Shown: positions 19,274 to 28,955, numbered from the stretch's first letter. The stretch is DNA of 64,000 bases from an uncultured Enemella sp. (GCA_964515145.1 CAZEVN010000002.1:18139-82138); one strand, 5' to 3'. Program-made: numbers and translations. The notes: generated by a model from the sequence alone, not told the origin.

Positions 19274-19630
19274 CACCTCGCTGCGCTGGGGGTCGACGAC
19301 CCGGCGGGCCGCAATCAGCTTGCCCTCCCGCTGGGCGGGCGTACCAGCCCTGCCGAAACCACCGCAAACGTGCAATCGCGGAAGAAGACCCGTCATTCAG
19401 CGTGCGTTCCGGGCAGTCAGCGCCCCTCAGCCGCTTGGGCGTGCGGTTCCTCGGGCCTGAATTCGATTCAGCTCGCGCTCGCCGACTCCGCCCCCGGTGC
19501 ACGGGGCGCTCTAGACGTGAGGACAAGCTGTACGCGGTGGGGCGCAAGCCCAAGACGCAAGTGGGAGCTGAAGAGAGCTACGGGAGCTGAAACGGAGTTA
19601 CGGGAGCGGAAGGCGCCACGGGAGCCGACC
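19274..19630 (+). repeat. Modular non-coding element, copy A (paralogous to 47675-48080)
   Basis: Co-linear similarity with copy B, with indels that are not multiples of 3. The 82-nt core 19449-19530 is 76/82 identical to 47883-47964. ATTCAGC boxes lie to the left and GAGCYGAAG iterons to the right. Confidence 0.75.
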
Positions 19631-19724
19631 CAGGAGCAACAAGGGACGAGGGATTTCACCGATCCACGATCGAAGGCCCGGGGGAACCCAAGTGAATCGG
19701 CGCAGACCACTTTCGTAACAGACT

Positions 19725-20855
<1,131 letters not shown>

Positions 20856-20878
20856 TCACGCGAGGCAGAGTGGCAGGC

Positions 20879-21544
20879 ATGAACCGAGACGAGCTGGCGG
20901 CAGCCCGCGTCGACTATGACCGTTATGAGCTGCTGGAATCCGAATCCCCCGACGATCCGATGGTCCTCTTCGACGATTGGTTGACGGCGGCGCTGGCCGC
21001 GGGGGCGGCCGGTGAAGTGCAGGAGCCGACGGCCATGACGTTGGCCACCGTGGTGAGTACGCCGACGGGACCCCGGCCTGCCGCACGCGTGGTGCTGCTC
21101 AAGGACGTGGAACCCCAAGGATTCACGTTCTACACGAACTACGGCTCCGACAAGGGTGAAGAATTGGCAGCGAATCCGGCTGCCGCCGCCACTTTCTGGT
21201 GGCCCGCCCTGTTTCGCCAGGTGCGCATCACCGGCACGACCGAGAAGGTCGATCGGGCTGCCTCCGAGGCCTATTTCGCGGTCCGCCCGCGCGGATCCCA
21301 GATCGGTGCCTGGTCATCGAGCCAGTCCCGCCCCGTCGAGTCGGCGGATGCGCTCGCGGCGGCGTACGCGGCGAAGGAGACCGAGTACGCCGGCGTGGAC
21401 GTCCCGTGTCCGCCGCATTGGGGCGGCTATCGCCTGACCCCCGAAATGATCGAATTCTGGCAGGGCCGACCGTCCCGGATGCACGACCGGTTGAGCTATC
21501 GCCGGGTCGGCTCGGGCTGGGAACGCACCAGGTTGTCTCCATGA
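20879..21544 (+). CDS. pdxH: Pyridoxamine 5'-phosphate oxidase
   Basis: [39 protein letters not shown] and [14 protein letters not shown] motifs. The alternative GTG start is at 20870. Confidence 0.9.
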   Translation: MNRDELAAARVDYDRYELLESESPDDPMVLFDDWLTAALAAGAAGEVQEPTAMTLATVVSTPTGPRPAARVVLLKDVEPQGFTFYTNYGSDKGEELAANPAAAATFWWPALFRQVRITGTTEKVDRAASEAYFAVRPRGSQIGAWSSSQSRPVESADALAAAYAAKETEYAGVDVPCPPHWGGYRLTPEMIEFWQGRPSRMHDRLSYRRVGSGWERTRLSP

Positions 21545-21600
21545 GGGACCGAGTGGCGGGCTAGGTTGGAGGCCCGAGGCCCCCGACAGCGGAGGATCAG

Positions 21601-22497
21601 ATGCCTTTCCTCACCGACGACGAGATCCATTCCCAGCCCGACTGCTGGCAACAGGCAGGCGAGTTGCTGGCCGATGTGCGTGGGCTGCTGCCCGCTGATG
21701 GCGAACGGGTCGCCTTCGTCGGCACGGGGACGGCCTGGTTCATGGCCCAGGCGATGGCGGGCCTGCGCGAGGGCGCGGGTCTGGGAGAGTCCGATGCCTT
21801 CGTCGCCTCCGAGTTGCCCCGCAACCGGCGCTATGACCGCGTCGTCGTGCTGACCCGTTCGGGTCTGACCACCGACATCAACCGGCTGCTGCGGGAGGTG
21901 CGCGGTGTGGTTCCCACCCTCGCTTTCGTCGGTGACGCCGACGTGGCGACGTCGCCGTCGACCGAGCTCGCCGACGAGATCATCGATCTGTCCTTCGCCG
22001 ACGAGGCGTCGGTCGTCCAGACCCGCTTCGCAACCACCGCCCTGGCCCTCGTCCGGGCCTGGGTCGGCCATGATCTGGCGCGGACGGTCGACGAGGCCCG
22101 CGAGGCGCTGCAGGTGCGGCTCACCGATGAGCAGGCCGGCATCGAGCAGGTCACGTTCCTGGGCCGGGCCTGGACCGTGGGCCTGGCGCACGAGGCAGCG
22201 CTGAAGTTCCGCCAGTGCACCCACTCGTGGGCCGAGTCCTATCCGGCGATGGAATATCGCCACGGGCCGATCGCGGTTGCCGAGCCGGGCCGCGTGGTCT
22301 GGATGATGTGCCCGACGCCCTATGGCCTCGCCGAACGCATCCGCGGCACCGGAGCGACTCTCGTCGAATGTGACCGCGACCCGATGGCCGGGTTGATCCT
22401 CACCCAACGCCTCGCCGTCGGCCGGGCCATGAAGCTCGGGCTGTCGCCCGACGAGCCGCGCAACCTGTCGCGGGCCGTCGTTCACGAGGACGACTGA
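21601..22497 (+). CDS. SIS-domain sugar-phosphate isomerase/aminotransferase-like protein
   Basis: 298 aa. Two SIS-like halves (RVAFVGTGTAWFMAQ...; VTFLGRAWTVGLAHEAALKF). Confidence 0.75.
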   Translation: MPFLTDDEIHSQPDCWQQAGELLADVRGLLPADGERVAFVGTGTAWFMAQAMAGLREGAGLGESDAFVASELPRNRRYDRVVVLTRSGLTTDINRLLREVRGVVPTLAFVGDADVATSPSTELADEIIDLSFADEASVVQTRFATTALALVRAWVGHDLARTVDEAREALQVRLTDEQAGIEQVTFLGRAWTVGLAHEAALKFRQCTHSWAESYPAMEYRHGPIAVAEPGRVVWMMCPTPYGLAERIRGTGATLVECDRDPMAGLILTQRLAVGRAMKLGLSPDEPRNLSRAVVHEDD

Positions 22498-22601
22498 ATC
22501 GACGACTCGGGGGGACCGCTGAGACGTCCGCAACGGACTCCGGCTGTCCTCGGCAAGGATGGCCTAAGGTGGGCCCTGCTGCGACAGGGACTGGAGGCGA
22601 A

Positions 22602-23291
22602 GTGAGCGACCTGATCGATACGACGGAGATGTATCTCCGCACGATCTATGAGCTTGAGGAAGAGGGCATCACGCCGCTGCGGGCCCGGATCGCCGAGCGG
22701 CTGCGTCAGAGCGGTCCGACCGTGTCACAGACCGTCGCCCGCATGGAGCGCGACGGGTTGCTCGCCGTCACCGATGAGCGCCATATCGAACTCAGCGCCT
22801 CCGGTCGGGAGCGTGCGGTCAAGGTCATGCGGAAGCACCGTTTGGCCGAACGCCTGCTGACCGATGTCATCGGCGTCGACTGGCAGAACGTGCACGACGA
22901 GGCCTGCCGGTGGGAACACGTCATCTCCGACGATGTCGAGCAGCGGCTCGTCCAACTGCTGGGCGATCCGCTGGAGTCGCCCTATGGCAATCCGATCCCC
23001 GGCCGGGACGCCCATCGGGCCAAGCCGCGCGAACCCCACGACTCCCAGCCGCTGCCACGATTGCTCGGGTCGTCCGGGGGCATGCGGCTGCGGATCCGGC
23101 GGATCGGTGAGAGTCTCCAGGCCGGCACCGAGTTGATGGCGCGGCTGCATGCGGCCGGGATCCTTCCGGGTGCGGAAGTCGATGCGGAGCGTACGCCGCA
23201 GGGCGTCGTTGTCGAGGCACCCGGGGGCAGCATCACCCTCGACGCCGAAGCCGCCGATCAGGTGTATGCGGAGATGGTGCAGCGTGCTTGA
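22602..23291 (+). CDS. DtxR/IdeR/MntR-family metal-dependent transcriptional regulator
   Basis: The N-terminal DNA-binding region is TTEMYLRTIYELEEEGITPLRARIAERL..SGPTVSQTVARMERDGL. The metal-site region is MRKHRLAERLL...DEACRWEHVIS. GTG 22602 follows GGAGG. Confidence 0.9.
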   Translation: MSDLIDTTEMYLRTIYELEEEGITPLRARIAERLRQSGPTVSQTVARMERDGLLAVTDERHIELSASGRERAVKVMRKHRLAERLLTDVIGVDWQNVHDEACRWEHVISDDVEQRLVQLLGDPLESPYGNPIPGRDAHRAKPREPHDSQPLPRLLGSSGGMRLRIRRIGESLQAGTELMARLHAAGILPGAEVDAERTPQGVVVEAPGGSITLDAEAADQVYAEMVQRA

Positions 23292-24324
23292 CCCGTCGGT
23301 GCGGGCATTGCTCGACGGGCATTGGTATGACGCGTTGGCCGCCCTGCTTCACGGAGTCACCCCGAAAGGGCAGGACGCGGCCAAGCTGAAGCGGGCGTAC
23401 GCCCTGGCCACGGCGGCCAAACGCGTGCTCGACCTCGACGCCGAGGATTTCGGCACCATCGCCAAGGGCTTCTCGGCACCCTGGGCGAACCGGCTCGAGG
23501 CCTCCTGCTTCCCGCTGCAGCCCCGCGGGTCCCAGCGTGGGGCGCTGCGGTCGCTCGTGCCGCTCTATGAGCTGATGCTCGAGGTCACTCAACTCCGGGC
23601 CCTGCGACACGAACCCCTGCAGGTGGTGGTGACGGCCCACCTCATCGGTGAATATCTGTGTCAGCTCGCGTGGGAATCCACGCTGGGTCATGGAGGCGAT
23701 CCGCTGGTGCTGGGACGTGCCGTCGGAGAGCGGTGGGGCACCGACGACCCCGAATGCCCCCACAACTCCGCTCTGCGGGCGACCGCGAAGCGGGCGCTGA
23801 ATGCCTGCAACGGTGATCTGGCCGGTTATACGGCCTATCTCGACAAGTTCCATTCCCGGCTCGGGGATGCGCTGGCCGTGTGCGCGATGAACCACGCCAC
23901 GGTCGGTGCCGGCGAGCGCCCCGACGTGGGGGAGACGTGCCCCAATCCGTGTCGCTGGGCGACAGCGGGTTCGATGGCGGACCGCAAGGATCTCGATGCG
24001 CGTGTTCGGCTGGCGCTGCTCTATGAGGAGTCGCCGATCGTGTCGTTGCGGCATCATGCGCCCGTGGGTCACTTCTTCGGGGTGCCCTCGGTGCAGGAGA
24101 TCTCGGAGGCGTGGCTGCGGACGTGGGATCGGTTGACCCAACCCTGGGCCGACGGATCCAACCCGCTGCTGGCGGGTGACGTGCCCGCGGTCGGCCCGCC
24201 CGATGAAGCACTGCCCGGCCTGTCGGTCCTGGTGTCGGCGGTAGCCGGGCAGCCGATCGGGCCGGGGCGCGTGATCCGCTCGATCGGTGACGAGATCACC
24301 GCATTGCTCGATGACGATGACTGA
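23266..24324 (+). CDS. Hypothetical protein (about 350 aa), start overlaps the regulator's 3' end
   Basis: Long ORF with normal composition. ATG 23266 gives a 26-nt overlap and GTG 23284 an 8-nt overlap. No family was recognised. Confidence 0.7.
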   Translation: MRRWCSVLDPSVRALLDGHWYDALAALLHGVTPKGQDAAKLKRAYALATAAKRVLDLDAEDFGTIAKGFSAPWANRLEASCFPLQPRGSQRGALRSLVPLYELMLEVTQLRALRHEPLQVVVTAHLIGEYLCQLAWESTLGHGGDPLVLGRAVGERWGTDDPECPHNSALRATAKRALNACNGDLAGYTAYLDKFHSRLGDALAVCAMNHATVGAGERPDVGETCPNPCRWATAGSMADRKDLDARVRLALLYEESPIVSLRHHAPVGHFFGVPSVQEISEAWLRTWDRLTQPWADGSNPLLAGDVPAVGPPDEALPGLSVLVSAVAGQPIGPGRVIRSIGDEITALLDDDD

Positions 24325-24411
24325 CGGGGAATAGTCACTCGATTCCTCGTGTTGAACAACTGTTTCCAGGCGGCCCGGCTGGGCCGGGACGACTAACGAA
24401 AGGCAATCCCT

Positions 24412-24753
24412 ATGGCAACCGTCGACCTGACCGGCGAGGACTTCGTTTCCACCATCCAGAACAATGAGCTGGTCCTCATCGACTTCTGGGCCGATTGGTG
24501 TGGGCCGTGCAAGCGCTTTGCCCCCATCTACAGCAAGATCTCCGAGAACCACGATGACGTCGTGTTCGCCAAGCTGGACACGGACGCCAACCAGGAGATC
24601 GCTGGTGCGCTGAGCATCCAGAGCATCCCGACCATCATGGCCTTCCACAAGGGCGACATGGTCTTCAACCAGCCCGGCATGCTGTCCGCCGCGCAGCTGG
24701 AGCAGCTGGTGACCCAGCTCAAGGACCTCCCCGCGGAGAAGCCGGCCGAATGA
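24412..24753 (+). CDS. trxA: Thioredoxin
   Basis: WCGPC active site. 113 aa. Confidence 0.95.
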   Translation: MATVDLTGEDFVSTIQNNELVLIDFWADWCGPCKRFAPIYSKISENHDDVVFAKLDTDANQEIAGALSIQSIPTIMAFHKGDMVFNQPGMLSAAQLEQLVTQLKDLPAEKPAE

Positions 24754-24770
24754 GCCGATGACGAACAGAA

Positions 24771-24803
24771 GGGCCCGCATCCGAATGGATGCGGGCCCTT
24801 TCT
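24771..24803 (+). terminator. Rho-independent terminator after trxA
   Basis: GGGCCCGCATCC-GAAT-GGATGCGGGCCC, a 12-bp perfect stem, followed by TTTCT. Confidence 0.85.
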
Positions 24804-25009
24804 GAACAGTGGAGGAGAGCACCGAAGACGGGCTCACGCACCTTGTCTACCCACCCCCAGGAGACATTCATCGGCGCTCTCCTCCACATGAACACTACTC
24901 GACGGGACTGACCGGGAAAATGGTTTTCCCTGTGGGCGGCGGATTCTGAGAAGAAACTCATCATCTTTGCGCTGCGCTTGCGGGTCGTGTGTTGGGGAAC
25001 CGAAGGGAA

Positions 25010-25085
25010 TGGCGGCCCCAGTTGGATTCGAACCAACGACACCCGCTTTAGGAGAGCGGTGCTCTATCCCCTGAGCTATGGGGCC
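25010..25085 (-). tRNA. tRNA-Arg (anticodon CCU)
   Basis: The reverse complement folds as a 76-nt cloverleaf: GGCCCCA/TGGGGCC acceptor, CCGCT-CTCCTAA-AGCGG anticodon arm, GTTGG-TTCGAAT-CCAAC T arm, encoded CCA. Confidence 0.95.
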
Positions 25086-25218
25086 CGGTTGCGGGCCCGA
25101 CAAGACTAGCCCGATGCGGGCGTGGCAAGGAAATCTTGGCCGGGTAGCCTCAGGGCGGCATTGTCGACACAACGAAGCGGTCAGGGGGCTGTCGGTCGAC
25201 GTGCGGAAGGAGACGGGC

Positions 25219-26604
25219 ATGAGCGAACAGGGTCTGCAGCAGGCCGTCAACAAGATGACTGATGCCGGGCTGCCGCCGGCGACCATCGAGGTGTTCCGGC
25301 ACTATTACCGCGCGCTCGCCGAGGGCGCAACGGGGCGGGTCGCCGAGGACGAGATCACGCCGGTGACAGATCTGCCCCAGTTGGCCGACCAGCAGGTCGA
25401 AGAGTCGGTCGCGCGGGATGCGCTGGCGAAGACGGTGATGATCCGACTCAATGGCGGGCTCGGCACGTCTATGGGGATCACCAAGGCAAAGTCGTTGTTG
25501 CCCGTGGCGGATGGCAGGTCGTTCCTCGACCTGATCGTCGCGCAGGTGAAGGCAGCCCGCGAGCAGCATGGCGTACGCCTGCCGCTGCTGCTCATGAACT
25601 CGTTCCGCACGCGGGAGGACACGCTGAAGGCCCTCGCGGCCTATCCGGACCTCGCGGTCGATGGCCTGCCCCTCGACTTCGTGCAGAGTTCCGAGCCCAA
25701 GCTGCGCGCCGATGACCTCACGCCGGTGGAATGGCCCGATAACCCCGACCTCGAGTGGTGCCCGCCCGGGCACGGTGACATCTATCCGTCCCTGTCGGGG
25801 GCGGGTCTGCTGGACGAACTCATCGACCGAGGGTTCCGCTATGCGCTGGTCGCCAACTCCGACAACCTCGGTGCCACCCCTGATCCGCTGCTGGCCGGGT
25901 GGTTCGCCTCGACCGGGGCGCCCTTCGCGATCGAGGTGTGTGCCCGAACCAAGGCGGACCGCAAGGGCGGTCACCTGGCGCTCCGCCGCAGTGACGACCG
26001 GCTCATCCTCCGTGAGGTCGCCCAGACGGCGAAGGAGGACATGGACGCCTTCACCGATGAGAACCGCCATCGGTGGTTCTCGACCAACAGCCTCTGGTGG
26101 GATCTCGTGCAGGTGCGCGACGTCCTGGTCGAGAGGGACGGTGTGCTCGGCCTACCCCTGATCCGCAACGCCAAGACCGTCGATCCCGGCGACCCGTCGT
26201 CGCCCGAGGTCATCCAGATCGAGACCGCCATGGGGGCGGCGATCGAGGTGTTCGAGGGGGCCACCGCGATCGGGGTGCCCCGGTCGCGGTTCGTGCCGGT
26301 CAAGACCACGAACGACCTGCTCCTGTTGCGTTCGGACGCCTATGAGGTCGACGAGGCGGGCGCGGTCGCGCTGGTCGCCGAGCAGGCCTGCCTGGTGGAT
26401 CTCGACCCCGCGTTCTACAAGCGACTCGCCGACTTCGATGAGCGCTTCCCGGATGGCGCACCCTCCTTGCGCGATGCCCAGCGACTCGTCGTCCGGGGGA
26501 GTTGGACGTTCGGGCCGGACGTAACCGTGCGCGGCGCCGTCGACCTGGCCGATCCCGGCGACCCTGCCCAGATCGAGCCCGGGGCAGAGCTGGCCGGCTC
26601 GTGA
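25219..26604 (+). CDS. UTP--glucose-1-phosphate uridylyltransferase, UDPGP (eukaryote-like) family
   Basis: 461 aa. LNGGLGTSMG nucleotide-binding loop. The start is at MSEQGLQQ, after GGAAGGAGA. Confidence 0.85.
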   Translation: MSEQGLQQAVNKMTDAGLPPATIEVFRHYYRALAEGATGRVAEDEITPVTDLPQLADQQVEESVARDALAKTVMIRLNGGLGTSMGITKAKSLLPVADGRSFLDLIVAQVKAAREQHGVRLPLLLMNSFRTREDTLKALAAYPDLAVDGLPLDFVQSSEPKLRADDLTPVEWPDNPDLEWCPPGHGDIYPSLSGAGLLDELIDRGFRYALVANSDNLGATPDPLLAGWFASTGAPFAIEVCARTKADRKGGHLALRRSDDRLILREVAQTAKEDMDAFTDENRHRWFSTNSLWWDLVQVRDVLVERDGVLGLPLIRNAKTVDPGDPSSPEVIQIETAMGAAIEVFEGATAIGVPRSRFVPVKTTNDLLLLRSDAYEVDEAGAVALVAEQACLVDLDPAFYKRLADFDERFPDGAPSLRDAQRLVVRGSWTFGPDVTVRGAVDLADPGDPAQIEPGAELAGS

Positions 26605-26936
26605 CCGCGCAGCCCGGGTGGCATGCGGCGCTCGGGTTCGCGCTGACCGGGGAATGGCTCGACCTGCCGCCGGTGGAGCGTCCTGATCCGGAGGTTTTGC
26701 TGGCCCAACTGGCCGAGGCGGGCTGGTCCGGAGCGCGCTTGATCGAGGCGGCGCGGCAACCGCACCAGGTGCCCACCGACGTGGTCGCCGGGTTGGGGGC
26801 GGCCCAGTTCTGGGCCGTTCTGGTTGATGTGCGCCGGCGGGTGGGGGCTGGTTCAGAGGTACGCCCGCCCGCGGCCGCCCGTCCCCTCACGGCCGATGAG
26901 CGCCGACTGACTGCCGACCGGCCTCCACACTGGTGA
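26601..26936 (+). CDS. Hypothetical protein (111 aa), GTGA-coupled to the UGPase gene
   Basis: GTG 26601 overlaps the upstream stop at 26602-26604. No motif was recognised. Confidence 0.5.
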   Translation: MTAQPGWHAALGFALTGEWLDLPPVERPDPEVLLAQLAEAGWSGARLIEAARQPHQVPTDVVAGLGAAQFWAVLVDVRRRVGAGSEVRPPAAARPLTADERRLTADRPPHW

Positions 26937-27084
26937 GACCCCGCGGGCGTTGGCGAGACCCCGCCGCCTGCGACGAGACACCTGCTGCAGCAGGCGTCTC
27001 GCTGTTGTCGGGGGTGTCTCGCGCGGGGATACGCACAAGGTGTCTCGCGCGGGGAGGGCCTACGCGCAAGGTGCCTCGCGCGAG
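26934..27084. repeat. GAGAC/GTCTC-rich palindromic intergenic element, copy 3 (longest)
   Basis: TGAGAC (includes the stop at 26934-26936). CGAGACACCTGCTG/CAGCAGGCGTCTCG forms a 13/14 inverted repeat at 26974-27001. Three AAGGTGYCTCGCGCG sub-repeats follow. Six GAGAC/GTCTC pentamers in total. Confidence 0.8.
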
Positions 27085-27090
27085 ATGGGA

Positions 27091-27564
27091 TCAGGACTGC
27101 CCGGCGACCTGCGTCACGGGCTCGTGGTTGATGGGGAAGTTGACCGATGAGGCGATGAAGCACGCCTGGCTGGCCTCGTGATGCAGTTGGGGCATCAACT
27201 CGATATGGGCCGGGTCGGTCACGGTGACGCGAGGCCGGAGCAGCACTCGGGTGAAGTGCCCGCCGATCCCCTCCTGTTCCATGGTCCCGATCGGGGCATC
27301 GCTATAGGCAACGATCGTGACGCCGTGCATCACCGCGATGTGCAGCAGGGACAGCAGGTGACATTCGCTGATGGCGGCCACGAGCAGCAGTTCCGGGTTC
27401 CAGCGTGCCGGGTCCCCGCGGAACGGCTTGTCCGCTGACAGCTCGAGGTCGGGTCGCGGCGGGCTCGCGGCATGGACGTCGCGGGCATAGTCGCGATAGC
27501 CGGAGGTGCCTGTGCCGAGGTTGCCGGTCCAGGTCAGGGCCAGCTCATAGGTGTGCGTCGCCAT
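27091..27564 (-). CDS. OsmC-family peroxiredoxin-like protein
   Basis: 157 aa. YELALTWTGN...PELLLVAAISECHLLS...ASQACFIASS shows the typical two-Cys OsmC layout. Confidence 0.85.
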   Translation of the reverse strand: MATHTYELALTWTGNLGTGTSGYRDYARDVHAASPPRPDLELSADKPFRGDPARWNPELLLVAAISECHLLSLLHIAVMHGVTIVAYSDAPIGTMEQEGIGGHFTRVLLRPRVTVTDPAHIELMPQLHHEASQACFIASSVNFPINHEPVTQVAGQS

Positions 27565-27677
27565 GGCGACAGCATCCCCCAGGGCTCTACCCGACCGATG
27601 GGGAGGGTTCCGGCCAGGAATTGGGAAACCCCGTCACAACACTGGGACGGGGTTGGTTGCTGGGGTGGGTGAGGGGA

Positions 27678-28028
27678 TCAGCGGCCGGCCAGCAGGTCGC
27701 GGATCTCGGTCAGCAGCTCGGTCTCGGTGGCACCGGCCTCGGCCTCGATGCCACGCATCTTCTTGTAGGCCTCGTAGGGCTTGACGACGGCGAAGTAGAG
27801 CACGATCGAGATGAGCAGGAAGCTCACCAGCGCAGTCAGGAAGGCGCCCAGGTTGATGCCGGCGATCGAGGTGTTGCTGAAGTCCGGCATGGTGAAGATC
27901 TTGCCGATGAGGTCCATCAGCAGAGCTGCGAACGTCTTGACGACCTCAGCGAACGCCGTGCCCATGATGAAGGCGGTGGCGAGCTCGATGAGGTTGCCCT
28001 TCATGATGAAATCTTTGAAACCCGACAC
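27678..28028 (-). CDS. mscL: Large-conductance mechanosensitive channel
   Basis: VSGFKDFIMKGNLIELATAFIMGTAF N-terminus. GTG 28028 is preceded by AAGGAGAG. The longer ORF to 28097 lacks an RBS. Confidence 0.9.
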   Translation of the reverse strand: MSGFKDFIMKGNLIELATAFIMGTAFAEVVKTFAALLMDLIGKIFTMPDFSNTSIAGINLGAFLTALVSFLLISIVLYFAVVKPYEAYKKMRGIEAEAGATETELLTEIRDLLAGR

Positions 28029-28169
28029 GGATCTCTCCTTTTTGTTGTGTCCAGACCCGAATCCAACCAAATGGTTCGGAGGCGAAGCCGCGGACACATT
28101 AGCAGCGGAGGGTCACTACCTCATGTCAGTTCCCGCCCGTTTCAACACTTTGGTTACCACTCGGTCAGA

Positions 28170-28862
28170 TCAACGCAGGACCACGGTGACCCTGTCGCGG
28201 CCGGCTGCCTGCACGAGTTCGCCGGCTTCTGAGGGTGAAGCTTCGAGGATGACGAGTCTTTCTGACTCGCCGCCCATCCCGCCGAATGGGCCGGTGGGGG
28301 ATTCGCTGCCGGGCAACGCCATGACGCGGGTCGCCGAGGCCACAATTCTCGCGGGTCCGCCATCGGCCGGGCCGGCCAGGACGTCCACCACGTCCCCGAC
28401 CCGCAGCAGCGCGATGACAGCCGGATCGGCCAGGCGGACAGGGACGAGGACGCGACCCACTCCCGCCTGCATGCCGCGTGGAGCCAGGACGGCGCGGTTC
28501 CCGATCGGGGACCCGCTGCCGGCAGCAGCGATCAGCCAGCGCCCCGTGATCTCGGCCGGATCGGTGACCGCATCGGCCGGGGCGAGCGAGGCGGGATAGC
28601 GGGCCACGCGCAGATCGTCGGGGCTCAGGGCGCGACCCCCGTCTAGTTCACGCGCGGCCACCACAACGGGCACGGTCTCGGTTTCGGCCGGGGAGATCGC
28701 AGCGACGGTGCACAACACGGCGGCGATCGCGCACAACACCGCAAGTTTGCGCCGATGCCATGAAACTGCCCTGGCGAGTGCAACCAGGGGGCTGCGGCGA
28801 CGGGGCCGGAACAGGGGAGGGGTGTCAGGGCCGGGTGATCTGCGTGGCGGAGAGCTGTCCAT
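28170..28862 (-). CDS. SAF-domain protein (CpaB/RcpC-like, membrane-anchored)
   Basis: TM segment LAVLCAIAAVLCTVAAI followed by VVVAARELDGGRALSPDDL, which is SAF-like. It occupies the position between mscL and the FmdB-like gene, as in other actinobacteria. Confidence 0.75.
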   Translation of the reverse strand: MDSSPPRRSPGPDTPPLFRPRRRSPLVALARAVSWHRRKLAVLCAIAAVLCTVAAISPAETETVPVVVAARELDGGRALSPDDLRVARYPASLAPADAVTDPAEITGRWLIAAAGSGSPIGNRAVLAPRGMQAGVGRVLVPVRLADPAVIALLRVGDVVDVLAGPADGGPARIVASATRVMALPGSESPTGPFGGMGGESERLVILEASPSEAGELVQAAGRDRVTVVLR

Positions 28863-28955
28863 GCCCGCACTCTGCGCGACCGGTTCTCCGATCGTTCAGT
28901 TGTCCACAGCCCAGTTTCTGTCCAGATCCGGCCTGTGGACAAGTCGCCTCAGGCG

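Noticed and set aside
23233-24837. 534-aa minus-strand ORF covering the hypothetical gene and trxA
   Set aside because: Arg/Gly/His-rich composition, and it runs antisense to the clear thioredoxin gene.
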